From: Paraspadella gotoi
Lineage: Eukaryota > Animalia > Chaetognatha
Assembly (NCBI GenBank): GCA_051294375.1
Contig: CM119268.1
Location: forward strand, 20,601,266 to 20,665,265
DNA length: 64,000 nt
Direction: 5' to 3'
Shown: piece by piece, positions 13,365 to 26,544 of the stretch
How positions within the stretch are numbered: the first letter of the stretch is position 1
Layout: each line of letters begins with the position of its first letter
Notes under the pieces: generated by a model
What the model was told of the DNA's origin: nothing
Database searches by the model: none
What the model saw: only the letters and a program-made list of their open reading frames with translations
Program-made: the position numbers and the translations under genes

Positions 13365-13700
13365 TACGACATCGCGAGGTCGGCGCCTGAAACACGTGAC
13401 TTGATCACGTGATCCACTCAGCGGCGCCTCACGTGACCTTTTCGACATCACATGATCGTCACGAAAATGTGATTGTCCAATAAAAGAGAAGTCGCCGGTG
13501 CATCTGGATCGTTCTGACCGCGTCCTCGTCCTAACCCAATCAATCAGTCAATCGATCCGATTGTCTCAACTTCTCGATTCGACGACGTCACGTGATCGAC
13601 CCCCCCCCTTCCGCATCATCCCGAGCGGAGGTCACGTGACGCGACGCGGAAAGAGGGGGGGGGGAACGTCTCGACGGCGACGCCGACGATAACGAGGTTC
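13365..13700. promoter_or_regulatory. CpG-rich E-box (CACGTG) cluster, candidate promoter or enhancer
   Basis: CACGTG at 13393, 13406, 13430, 13589 and 13633, all followed by A; a full GTCACGTGAC at 13631-13640; TCACATGA at 13448; CCAAT near 13477 and 13536. Confidence 0.55.
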
Positions 13701-14585
13701 GAGGTCGAAGATGGCATCAAGGATTCCATCGATGATTGCATAATGGATGGAAGGGACGGGTGGGGGAGGAGAGTTGGGGACAACAAATGTACAGGCGCGG
13801 ATTTGTGTTTGAGAAAAAAAAAGAGAAAATGCATGGATGCATTGAGACTTGTCCTAGTTAAGGTGCTTAGTGGCCGGAAGACGACTTTACGTATCTTCTG
13901 GGCCGCCGCGTCAGCAATAGAACGGATCCAATGCTTGGAACCAGGTTTGAGGGATTTCCAGGCCTCTCAAGGCGGTCTACGGCCGTCCTCACGCTTCCCC
14001 AAAAAAGCTTTTTTAATTAATGAATAGATAATTTTTATATCGATTGTACCAAATTCGTACGCAAAATCAATTTCGTATAAAGCGGAATTAAAAATAAGGA
14101 ATTAGAACCTATCGTGAGATTCGTTTTAATAATCTGTTTCTTCTTCTTCTTCTTCTTCTTCTTCTTCTTCTTCTTCTTCTTCTTCTTCTTCTTCTTCTTC
14201 TTCTTCTTCTTCTTCTTCTTCTTCTCTTCCTCCATCTTCCTCCTCTTTCTTCCTCTCTACTTCTCTACTCTATCGACGGCGGAAATTTCCTTTAACATTC
14301 TTCAGCAACAAAAACTAAAAAACGAGGGTCATGAAAAAAAAGAAAAAAAAGAGAAAGAAAAAAGAAAAAAAAGAAAAAAAAAAGAGAAAGAAAAAAGAAA
14401 GCTTGTTTTCTTTCGCTTCCAGAGGTTGCCACTTCAATCATACAAAAGGGAAAACGGATGAGAGAGAGAGAGAGGGAGAGAGAGAGAGATGAGAGCGAGG
14501 TTAGATGAGCCAAAAAATCTTCGCATCTCTCTTTTTCCCTACTTTCCCTCGCTCTTACTATTTCTCTCTACGACACACTCACTCT

Positions 14586-14666
<81 letters not shown>

Positions 14667-15779
14667 CTTTTGTGGAATGAAAAGAAGGCTTGTGGCCCGA
14701 AAGGCGAGATACTTAAGGATCAGCACCCACTGACTGTTTTCGGATGAAAATTCAAACTCTCTCTCTTCTCTCTCTCTCTCTCTCTCTCTTTCTTTCTCTC
14801 TCTCTCTCTCTCTCCCACAACTTTATGCGTTTCCTTTCGAATGCTAAGTAAACGTTAGATCGGATGTATTTAGCTTAGAAACGATGATGGTACGTCTCTC
14901 GTAAAAGAAGCGGGGGGGAGAAACGGTGATTCAAACGAGGGAGAAAAGGGTGATCATAAAGAAAAGTAGGTGATTAAAAAACAAGAAAGGGTGATTAGGA
15001 AAAGAAAACGTGGTTGATGAGATAAGAAAAAAAAACTCTTCTAGATTTAGAGAGGGAGAAAAAAAAATTGGGTGATTAGAAAAAAAAGATGAAAAAAGAT
15101 TATCAGGGTTTTTTTTTCTCTCGGAGTTTTTATCGTCGTTTAGGCTCCACTGACTTTTCCGGGATTCGTCGTCGCCATTTTGGATTTGCTACAAATGTTA
15201 ACCTCGTTTTGGAATTTCCAGGATTTATATTTATATTTATATTTACCTATATGTTCATACGTAATAAACAAATAAAAGTGAGAGACGATATTATGGATCT
15301 TACTAGAAACCCGTCAGATCAAGAATTAGCGCTTTTTTCGTTTATGATTGATTTACAATCAATATTTACCTAAAAAAATATGTCAATAGATAACTTTTGA
15401 GCAGAATCCGACGAGATTTCAAAGGGAAATAGACTGTATTGAGTATCGTTAGGGTTTTTTGCTCTAAGCGCAACAGTCAGGACTCAACACCATTAGCTGA
15501 AACTCAGTCTTCTTTTTCTCTGAATGAAAGTCGAATCGATGAGAGAAAAAAAAGGGGAAAAATCGAGGAATCTGAGAAGAAAAAAAACTTTTTGTTTGTC
15601 TTTTGTTTTAGATTTTTGTTATTTTTCAACTTAGTTGTGACTAGTTTAGTGATTTTGTTCAACTTTATAACAATTTGTCTTATTTTCTTTGTAGCTTTTT
15701 TTCCGAAATAAGTTGGGGGGATCACCAGATAAAATGAGTCAAGAAAATGAAAGAGTCGGAAGATAGACAGCAGTCGGCG

Positions 15780-16270
15780 TATTAGAAGATAAAAAAAGTC
15801 AGCAGATGAGAAGATGAATTGTGGCCGAATATGAGAAGATGAAATAAGTCGACAGATAAGAAGATAAACAGAGTCTTCGGATAAAAAATGAAATGAGTAG
15901 GCAGAAGAGAAGATGATGGCAGTCAAAAGTCAAGAAGATGAAACGAGTCAAAGGATGAGAAGATGGAATGAGTCAAAAGACAAGAATATGAAACGAGTCA
16001 AAAGATCAGAAGATGAAATTTGTCAATAGATGAGAAGATGAAACGAGTCAAAATACAAGAAGATGAAATTAGTCAATAGATGAGAAGATGAAATGAGTCA
16101 AAAGTTGAGAAGATGAAATTAGTCAATAGATGAGAAGATGAAACGAGTCAAAAGATCAGAAGATGAAATTAGTCAATAGATGAGAAGATGAAACGAGTCA
16201 AAAGATCAGAAGATGAAATTAGTCAATAGATGAGAAGATGAAACGAGTCAAAGGATGAGAAGATGAATAG
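15780..16270. repeat. 25-bp minisatellite with alternating A/B units (50-bp higher-order period at its 3' end)
   Basis: GAAGATGAAATTAGTCAATAGATGA alternates with GAAGATGAAACGAGTCAAAAGATCA; AAACGAGTCA recurs at 16141, 16191 and 16241. Confidence 0.9.
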
Positions 16271-16389
16271 ATGAGGCGGAAGTCGAAATGATTCAGAAAC
16301 GATTGAGATGATGAGACGAAGCGAAACGAAGACGCAACTAAAATGACGGAAAAATCCTCGTTTAACCGGAAGTCGTCGAGACTTAAAGA

Positions 16390-16660
16390 CGTTGTTGTTG
16401 TTGTCGTCGTCGTCGTAATTTTGGTGGTCGTCATCGTCGTCGTTGTAATTTTGGTGGTCGTCATTGTCGTGGTCGTAATTTTGGTGGTCATCGTTGTCAT
16501 CGTCGTTGTAATTTTGGTGGTCATCATCGTCATCATCGTCGTTGTCAGAATTTTGGTGGGTGTCATTGTTGTCGTTGTAGTTTTGGTGGTCGTCATCGTC
16601 GTCATCTAGTCATCGTAGTTTTGGTGGTCGTCATCGTCATCGTCGTAGTTTTGGTTATCG
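16390..16660. repeat. ~30-bp minisatellite built on (GTC)n
   Basis: Repeated GTAATTTTGGTGGTCGTCATCGTC units. Confidence 0.9.
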
Positions 16661-16825
16661 TCATTGTCGTCTTTACTACTCATTATTTTTCCCAATGATT
16701 GAGTTGACTTCTTCTTCTTGTTTTTTGAAGCTTCGTCGTGGTCGTCGTGGTTGTCGTCTTCATCCTCGTCGTCGTCATCGTCGTCGTCGTCGTCATCGTC
16801 ATCGTCGTCATTACGATATATGAGG

Positions 16826-17470
16826 AAACAAGTTTGAGCAAACAATGCCGGATCTGCCCACGATCATTAGCGGTAAGCAGCTGATCAGATAATTTATTAA
16901 TTAATTAACTAATTAATTAAATAAATAAATAATTAATTAATTGATATTAATTTTTTTATTTTTGTCAAAATCGTTTTCCACTTTGTCTCGCCTCTCAATC
17001 ACAAAACAACAATCTCGATCACAAAATTAATTAATTAATTAATTACAAATAATTAATAATTAATTAATTACTTATTTATTAATAATTAATTAATGCAGCT
17101 TGAATTTACATTTAATATAAAAATAAAAAAAAGCATAATCAAATAGTGAAATAGATTGTTTGTTTTTTCCATTTTAACTCATTTCCACTTGGACGATTCC
17201 ATCGAAGCTTGATTGAATCACACACTTTCCTACCCACACACAAAATTTCCTTCCAATATATCCATTCAATCACGAGTAACTAGAGTTTTTTGCTAAGTGG
17301 GGACAGACAGACAGACAGACAGACAGACTTTTTTGGCATAATTTATCATAATTCGATGTTCTGATATGATATAAGTGAATGCCCGACAAGATTGAGGGGG
17401 GGGGGACCGACGGACCGACAAAGTGAATTATAGAGTCGGGATCTGCTGACAAGCAGATCCGACTAAAAAA
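16826..17470 (-). mobile_element. DINE-1/HINE-like element, copy 4
   Basis: Reverse complement of the family ends (AAACAAGTTTGAGCAAACAATG... and ...GCAGATCCGACTAAAAAA), a (GACA)n tract and a (TAAT)-rich centre. Confidence 0.8.
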
Positions 17471-18705
17471 TTAGGAATTAATGATGTAAAAAATATTATA
17501 TATTTGAAATAATTTATAAAAAATCAATCACTGAAAGCAACAATCAGTGAGAAATATCTCTCTCTCTCTCTCTTTCTATCTCTCTCTCTTTTCCCAGTCG
17601 ACCAGACGGCACCAGCGAGCTTCGGCCCTTGACTCTTCACGCTCCTTTTACACGCGAGTGAGTGAATGTGAACGAATGAATGAATGAATGCGAACAAATG
17701 AATGAATGAAAGCGAACGAATGAATGAATGAAAGCGAATGAGGCTTATGACGCGAGATGGCGGAATGAGTGCGACGAGCGGCAGTCCCCGAGGGAAACGA
17801 GAGAGNNNNNNNNNNNNNNNNNNNNNNNNNNNNNNNNNNNNNNNNNNNNNNNNNNNNNNNNNNNNNNNNNNNNNNNNNNNNNNNNNNNNNNNNNNNNNNN
17901 NNNNNNNNNNNNNNNNNNNNNNNNNNNNNNNNGAGAGAGAGAGAGAGAGAGAGAGAGAAGGGAAACATCAAACGGGAAGAAGATTTGAAGCCATAAATTG
18001 TTTTACGAATTGGTTTTTCTCCTTTTTGTTTACTTCCTTTCTTTGCTTCAGGGAAGGATGAGAGAGATAGAGGGAGAGAGATAAAGGAGAGAGAGAGAGA
18101 TAGAGAGTCGAGACAGAGGAGAGATAAGAGGGGAGACGACTAGAGGGGAGAAGAGTGAGCTGAGGAGAAAGAGAGAGAGAGAGGAGAGAGGAGGGCAGAA
18201 GAGAGACGACGGCGTGGTCGGCGGGAGAGATGAGAGGATGAGAAGAAAGAGAGAGAGAGAGAGAAATGGGAAGCAGGCTTTTAGCCATCTTTTCAGCTAC
18301 TCCAGTCAGCGCTGAGGTTTGTTTACTTCGTCCGAATTTCGACCCCAACTTTTTTTCTCTTCTCTGATTTTGCTTTTTTCTTTTGTTTTACTTTTTAATC
18401 TCTATTAGAGGGCGGGATTGTCGCGCGTCTCAACTCGAATGCACCTGCGCCACACGCGGTGGAATAATCTCTATTTAATGACGATAACAAGAAAGAAAGA
18501 ACGAACTGTGGTAGTTGCTTTAACTTTTAATTCCTATTCGTGAATGAATTAATTAAATAATTAATCAATTATTTTATCAACTGAATAAGTAGTACTGAAT
18601 TAACTAATTTTAATTTTTTGGTCTTTTAATTTTTTTTATTATCAATAATTCAATAAATATGAAAAGTTCCATATTCATTTTCGATTGATTAGTAATACTT
18701 GTTTT

Positions 18706-18738
<33 letters not shown>

Positions 18739-19228
18739 NNNNNNNNNNNNNNNNNNNNNNNNNNNNNNNNNNNNNNNNNNNNNNNNNNNNNNNNNNNNNN
18801 NNNNNNNNNNNNNNNNNNNNNNNNNNNNNNNNNNNNNNNNNNNNNNNNNNNNGGTTTCATGAATCCAGGTTTACTGTACGCGTTTCACGCGGAGCGTGAA
18901 TAATTCCATCGCAAACCCGTTTTACTGTATCTTTGATATTACGACGTCGCTAAAACCTGCTTCACACTCTCTGGGTTCAGAAGGCTGCACGTCTTTGGCG
19001 TCTTTATCGTCGTCGTCGTTGTCTTCGACGTCGTTGTCGTCGTCGTCGTCATTATCGTGGTCGTTGTCGTCGTTTGACTTTTATTTCATTCAGTTTCAAG
19101 ATTCTTTTAAATTCATTTGTATACGAGTTTCTCCCACCATTCATCAGTCAATTCGAGTCATCGTCGCCATAAGCAACATTCGTTTTAATCTTTTTTCATT
19201 TAAAAAAAAAAGTTGCTTAACTAATAAT

Positions 19229-19500
19229 GTGGGATTGTGGCGGTATATTCACACCGCCTCACGTCCGTCATCCTTCAGCCAAAAGCGAGACCGTCCTAGG
19301 GTAACCGCGCCAGTGACTGGAGGCGTCACTGCGGGTCGGAAGCCCCCAAAGCCAACAGTGAGATGCCCCATCTCAATGGGCATCACAGGCAACCCGGCTG
19401 TTGCCATAGGATATTTTAAATTTCGCTCGTGAGGCCAACTCACGAACACAGTCGCGATACTCTTTAGCCCTCACAGTCTATACGGCCTGTCACACTTTTT
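19229..19500 (+). ncRNA. Candidate structured RNA or retroelement-derived structured segment (unassigned)
   Basis: Five successive 6-7-bp hairpins in a GC-rich island, a possible closing helix, and a terminal T5. No family motif recognised; the strand is tentative. Confidence 0.35.
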
Positions 19501-21093
19501 GAATTTTCATTTAGCGTTCACAAGTACAATTAACAATTGTCACATGAATATAGTTTTTTATCCGACTCACAGTCTTACATTTTACGACTCTCACCATTTT
19601 GAGTCCGTCTCACCGGAGTGTTGCTCCTATTTCACTAACTCACACATTTCAATAGCCTGGTCTGGGAATCTTTCACTTTACCCACCCATCTTTACCATTC
19701 TTTTCACCCAACTATCTGTGCCACCTTTTTCAACCACCCAACCGTGCCTACTTTTCACGCTCTCATCAATTTTACTCTCCCATCTGTATCACTGTATCAC
19801 AATTTCCAACTCACCCTCACTAATATGAATGAGTCAAATCAGTAGAGTCAAGTTTTCCCTTTTGAATTTGTGAATATGGCGCTAAGGCGGATTGAACATA
19901 CCTGCACATTTACATAGTTTCAGATTCAAATTTGTATCAGAGATTAAGAGTTATATAAAGATCCAATATCCGCTTTTAGTTTAGCTTTCAATTTAAGTCC
20001 CAGTGATTTTCTCTTTTTTGCCTTCGAGTTTCATTTTGTTTTTTTGTTTTGATTGAATCTCTTTCGCCGAGACTTCAAATAAAAAACGAAATGTTAGCTA
20101 GAGATGGAGATACGAGATAGAGAGCGAGACGAAACTCGGGATGCGAGTCTCTCTCTTACATCCGGGGATTGAGTCAAGGATTACTCTGGGTCGTTGACTG
20201 TGAATCGGGTCTTTGGTGAAATTCGTGAGGGTGAATGACGAAAGACGTGAGAGAGGGAGAGAGATATAAAGTGGGAGAGATAGAGATAGTTTTGTTTTCA
20301 ATGAGAGAGGAAGAAATGAGAGAAGGAGAGAAGAAAAGATAGGAGAGAAGGAGAGAAGAAAAGAAATGAGAGAATGAGACAAGAAAAGAAAGGAGAGAAG
20401 GAGATAAGAAAAGAAAGGAGAGNNNNNNNNNNNNNNNNNNNNNNNNNNNNNNNNNNNNNNNNNNNNNNNNNNNNNNNNNNNNNNNNNNNNNNNNNNNNNN
20501 NNNNNNNNNNNNNNNNNNNNNNNNNNNNNNNNNNNNNNNNNNNNNNNNNNNNNNNNNNNNNNNNNNNNNNNNNNNNNNNNNNNNNNNNNNNNNNNNNNNN
20601 NNNNNNNNNNNNNNNNNNNNNNNNNNNNNNNNNNNNNNNNNNNNNNNNNNNNNNNNNNNNNNNNNNNNNNNNNNNNNNNNNNNNNNNNNNNNNNNNNNNN
20701 NNNNNNNNNNNNNNNNNNNNNNNNNNNNNNNNNNNNNNNNNNNNAGAGAAGGAGACAAAAAAGAAAGGAGAGAAGGAGACAAGAAAAGAAAGGAGAGAAG
20801 AAGACAGGAAAATAAAGGAGAGAAGGAGACAAGAAAAGAAAGGAGATAAGGAGACCAGAAAATAAAGGAGAGAAAGAGAGAAGAAAAGAAAGGAGAGAAG
20901 GAGAGAAGAAAAGAAAGGAGAGAAGGAGAGAAGAAAAGAAAGGAGAAGCACCCAAACGTTAAATTCGTGGCTTCTCTTCGTTTCTCTTCGTTTCTCTCCA
21001 CTTCTTCTTCTTCAAAAAGAATCCAAATTTGAATTTCTGATTTCGCGTTCATACGTCGTCGGTCGTCGTTGACGTCGTCGTCGTCGTCGTTGA

Positions 21094-21126
<33 letters not shown>

Positions 21127-21229
21127 TGACGTCTTCCGCGGCGGCGAATTTCCCTAAAAAAAACAACATTCAATACTCTCTCTGTCTCTCTCTCTCCCCC
21201 CTCTCTCTCTCTCTGTCTCTCTCTCTCCC

Positions 21230-21264
<35 letters not shown>

Positions 21265-21379
21265 TTTCTCTCTCTCTCTCCCCTTTTTTCTTATCTTTTA
21301 ATTTTTACGATTCCGCTTAAAAATAATTTTCGTTTCCCCGACTCTTTTCATGTCACGTGATCAAAAGTGGAATCCTGCA

Positions 21380-21805
21380 AAGCGATTTGCGGCGATGAAG
21401 AAAGATCTAAGGCGAAGAAGAGCGATAATTGGGCGATTTGGGGTGAAGTGGAAAGATAAAAGGCGATTGAATTAGGCGATTGGCTTCGCCCAAAATAGTC
21501 CAATTATCGCCCTTCTTCACCTTTAGATCTTTCTTCACCACGCAATCGCCTAATTCAATCGCCTTTTATCTTTCCCACTATCTCTCTCTNNNNNNNNNNN
21601 NNNNNNNNNNNNNNNNNNNNNNNNNNNNNNNNNNNNNNNNNNNNNNNNNNNNNNNNNNNNNNNNNNNNNNNNNNNNNNNNNNNNNNNNNNNNNNNNNNNN
21701 NNNNNNNNNNNNNNNNNNNNNNNNNNNNNNNNNNNNNNNNNNNNNNNNNNNNNNNNNNNNNNNNNNNGTGGAAAGATAAAAGGCGATTGAATTAGGCGAT
21801 TGGCG
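21380..21805. repeat. ~100-bp tandem repeat rich in GGCGA, interrupted by a gap
   Basis: GTGGAAAGATAAAAGGCGATTGAATTAGGCGATTG occurs on both sides of the gap with one reversed unit between. About 4 same-orientation units appear in the noisy copy at 29010-29410. Confidence 0.75.
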
Positions 21806-21847
21806 GCCGCTCGAGTGAATAAATTACATAAATAAAACAAATCCTTC

Positions 21848-21915
21848 CACTCTAGGGATCGAACCCGGACTTGAGATCTAGAATATCTGATTCCCAACTA
21901 TGAGCCAGCCAGATG
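21848..21915 (-). mobile_element. tRNA-derived SINE-like head
   Basis: Minus strand TGGCTCATAGTTGG (A box) ... GGTTCGATCCC (B box) at tRNA-like spacing. Confidence 0.45.
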
Positions 21916-24900
21916 GCGAGGATTCTCCTACTCCATATGTCAACAAAAAAGATTATCAAATTCAAGAAATCTTTAGTCTCCAATATTAAAACTTATCCAC
22001 TGAAGATGTCCTTATAGTTTTAAAGCATTTGTTTAATGACTGTTTACTTTAATTGATTGTTTGCTAAATGATTTCAGTCTGGTTTTGGAACTCAATTATT
22101 GTTTTTATCATTTATAATTTTTACTTATTCTTCAAATGTAAATACTACATTATTCAAGATAAGAAAAGTCTCTAATTAAAGATATGATTTTACAAATCAA
22201 TTGAAATAAACTTCCAATCAATTGAATCGACAAAACAATTCAAATCAGTGCCACGTTTTTCCTGTAACGTCTTCGTCTTAGACACGTGACCCTGCAGCGG
22301 CCATGCCCCTCGTTACGCTGTAGTTGGCCTCCGGGAACTAGGGCCACAGATTTGGGGCGGTGAGATATAGAGTGATAGTTTGTCCTTTTAATGTCCATCC
22401 AGCGGTGATCGATATTCATACTCAAGCATATATTTATGTTCTTTTAAACCAACAAGAATGTGTAAAGGAAAAGAGTAATAAAAAAAAGACCACAAAAAAG
22501 TCCTAGGAGAGAGATTCCCTCAAAAAAATACGAACCTAAAATTCGAGTGATGTCTTTCAACTCAGTTTTTTTTTCAATGATAAACAGAAAGAAATTCTAA
22601 ATCCTATTTTACAATTCAAAAGAGAGGCGCTGAAGAAAAAGAAAAAAAAGCAAAAAAGAGTGAAAGAAAGAAGGAGGAAAGAAAAGTAAAGAAATTCAAT
22701 GATTTTGATCTCCCTTCGTCACCCCTCAGCAGCAGAGGCTGTAGCAGCCGTGGCTGTAGCAGCAGCGGGCGTAAACATTTTAGTAAGATATTTAAATTAA
22801 TTTTAGAAGTTGTAATATTCAAGAAAATATACATATTGATATAGTAGCTCGGCGGAATCATTAATCTTATATGTCATTATCGTTATCTCTCTCTCTCTCT
22901 CTCTCTCTCTGGTCTGCTGCCTCTCTGCTTCTGCTCGTCTGCTCTTCTCTGCTCTCGGTCTACTCTCTGGCACTGGAGACTTTCTTGTCTCCCTAGAATG
23001 TCGCCGGCGGATTTTTGCCTCTTGCTTCTTTTGTCTGAGGAAAAGTCAAGCATGCATTTGAATGGCAATCGACTTGTTTTGGGATCTGATCGCCGCAGTC
23101 TCGTCTCGTCTCTGTCTCTGTCTCCTGTCCCTGCTGATCTCTGCTCTCTGCTCCTCGGTAATCTCTCTCAGTCTCTTCTCCTGCTCTACTCTCTCGGTCT
23201 GCGAGTCTGCGTTCTTCTCTCTCGTGTGGCTTTTTGACATTTGACGGAGAAAGAGGGAGAGTGAGCAAAAAACTCTTCGAAATTGAAATCTGCAAATCAA
23301 AAAAAGAAAAAAAAAAGATTTCAGTTCAAGGAATAAATTTCAAGATTTCTGTCAATTTCTATGTTTGGAGTCAAAAGTTTTGAAAAGGTTTTATTGTTAA
23401 AAGAAAAGAAAATATACGAATTTGTTACATAGTTAAAAAGAAAAGAAAGAAATTTAATTCTTACTTTTAATACTTTTTGTTACAGACAGACTATATGAAG
23501 ATTTGAAAATGTTTTGCAAATTGGCCCATTTGTTAATTATTTACTTTTTTACTTTCCAAACTACTTCCTCCAACAATGTTGGCAACATTGTAGAAAAAAT
23601 GTCACTTGATTCCAAAGTCCAATTTGTTCCATTTTCCAATTGGCTCTGATTCGAAGAGGCTCTACTTTTCGCTTTCGTTGAAAAAGAGGAAACAACTCAA
23701 GTCAATTACAAACTATTGTATTCACGACTTAGGGAAGCACATCAAATGCTCATTAGCAGTCTCTCTCTTTGTCTCTGTCTCTGTCTCTCTCTCTCGGTCT
23801 CTCGTCTCTCTCTTCTGCCTCTCTCCTATGCTCTCTTCTCTCTCTCTCTGATTCATTCAATTTTCCTCGTCTCTCTCTCTCGTCTCTGCTCTCGCCGTCT
23901 CTCTCTCGTCTCATCTCAGGTCATCTCTGCGTCTCGTCTCATCTCTCCATTCTCTCTCGTCTCTGTGTTGGACACTGAATTCTTGTTATGGTCCGTCGTT
24001 CTTATTTGCCTTTTGTAAAACTGTTCAAAAATATAAACAATCGATATTTGTTTACAAACAGTACAGTTCGTTGTTTCATTGCTTTGATTAATCATGATTC
24101 TATTTTATACAGATCGCATTTTCAACAAGTATCACACATATACTAACTTTAATTTTAAAACACCTTTTATTCGATTTGAAATCTCAAATGAGAGATCCCG
24201 GTCCAGATATTTTATCTGGCTCCTAAATTAATGCAAATTAGCTTCGATCGAATTTGTCAGATAACGATGACGCTCTTTATTCGCGTAATTTAAACGTTTT
24301 ATTATTGTAAATTAATATAATTGAATATTATAGTTTTTAAATATATATTTTATAATATAAATAATTATAGTATTTATACTAATATAAATAAGACAAAATA
24401 GCAATTAAATGAGATCTGAATGCTTTCTTTTTCTTACCAAAATGAGGATTCAAAGAGATTTTTGCATAAAATAAAAATTAACTATTTGCTTGTTTAAGTT
24501 CCTTATTACATATAATACTATTATAAATGTATTATAAATCTTGTATAATTCATTCGTTTAAGTTACTATTATACGTGCTTTAATAAATAGTGACATAACG
24601 GAATGTAAATATGGAAAAACTTTGTAACAAAGATTAAAATTAACCAAATAAAAGTAAATTTAAAAAAAATAATTAATACTATATTAAAATTAGTATTTAA
24701 TAATTTAATATCAATAATAATTAATAAAAAAAATTATTTAAAAATTAACTGCCAAAGAAAGAATTTAAATTTTTAAAATTATTAATGAATATGTTTTCTA
24801 TATTTTTAAAGTAATTTTTAGTCAACTAGGTTCCATTAGGATTGTACCCACGTAGGAATACGTGGAATACGTGGGAATACGTGGAATACGTGTGGGCGAA

Positions 24901-26544
24901 TACTATGGTTGCAATTTGTATGTGGGCCAATGCTACATGGGTTGCAATCCTAGGGGCCAATTTTATGGGCCCAATAATAACGTGGGCCACAATCCTTGCT
25001 ACACCGCTATATACATATAGATAAGTGAAAAGGATCCATTCAATTCATAATCAATGATTAAGTATATTATGTTTTGAATGATCAGGAAGGAAAATTAAAT
25101 ATTACTAAATTTGAATAGCAAATACATAGATTGGACGATTGGATCCTTTTGTGTTTGAGGCAACATGAACCGGGACTCATTTTTTTGATTATGTATAAAT
25201 AACTATCTCTATTAATTTGTTTAATTTTCTGATCATAATCAAAAAAACTACTTTCATTTATAAAGAAAACAGAGAACTTTTGAGAGGGAAAACTTAATCT
25301 TCCAAGATTTTTTAAGAATTGCTTTTGTTTTATAAAGTTTTTTAATCAAATCATTAATATTAAATTAATCGAAACTATTGTCTGTAAATAATGATAGATT
25401 GCTTTGTTAATTCTTCAATCAACCAAATTGAAAAAGTGAGTAAACAAACTATGATTAAAAACAATATGATAATATGATAACATTTTAATTGTTAACAACA
25501 ACGAGAGAAGGGCTAACAATTAGTTCAAAAATTTCATTTTTTATGTAAAAACATTATGTCGTTTATTGTTAACCATTAAAAAGTTTATTATTTTCCGTCT
25601 CTTAAATCAAACCAACAAATGAAAATAAATATAACATATGACTAAAAACTAAAAAAAATCCGAGATATTTTTATAATTGAAAAAAAGTTTGACTATGGAT
25701 GCTCAAACCCTCATTCATCCTTAATTATAGAGCCTATAATAGTTATAAAAATGAAATTATAGTTACATAGGAAAAATGATTCTATAATATAATAATAGTT
25801 TAAGAAGAAGGGGATAAAATTGTAATCAAATCATATCCGTTTAAAGCATTATTTATTGTTATTTATCATTTGACTATATAAGATCATATTTTATATTAAT
25901 TTCTCTTTAAATATATGTTCAGACTGAATTTCAGTACAGCAAAACAAAAAATAGCGATTTCACTTCTAATGTTTTCCTATAAAAACAGAAAAAACTATTA
26001 AAAAATCACAACATTGCAGCTACTAAAAAACTTATAAATTATTAAGCATTATGAAATTATTAATAAAACATAGAAAAATTTATTAATAATAACATATGTT
26101 ATTAAAAAAAACTAAACTCATCGTCCAGATTTCACAGGGAAAAGATGCTCTTTTTATTGAAAAATTCGCGAATATCGCCAGGTTCGCTAGTATCGTTGTT
26201 TCTTTTTACCGGCTTACCGGTCTTTAACATTAAAAAGATACGAAATGACGTTATTCGATCTCGGGATCTCTTATGTTCGAGCATTTAAACTTAAATATTT
26301 TTATACGGGAAAATTATTGATTATTACGTCTGATTAAAGTGTTGCAAACGTTTTTTATGAAAACTCGATGTCTGTATATTACTAACTTTTGGGTCTACTT
26401 TAAAGGATCAAAAACTAGAGGTAAGCAAAGTCAAGCATCGGTAAGCATTTAGTAATAACAACGACCTCTCAGTAAAGCTCGGCTTAGCCACTGGTATTCG
26501 AACAATTATAAACCGTATAATAAACGATTGGTTTATCAACATTA

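Noticed and set aside
16219-16609. Mucin-like poly-Thr or poly-Val ORF
   Set aside because: A (GTC)n-based minisatellite with no splice or start context.
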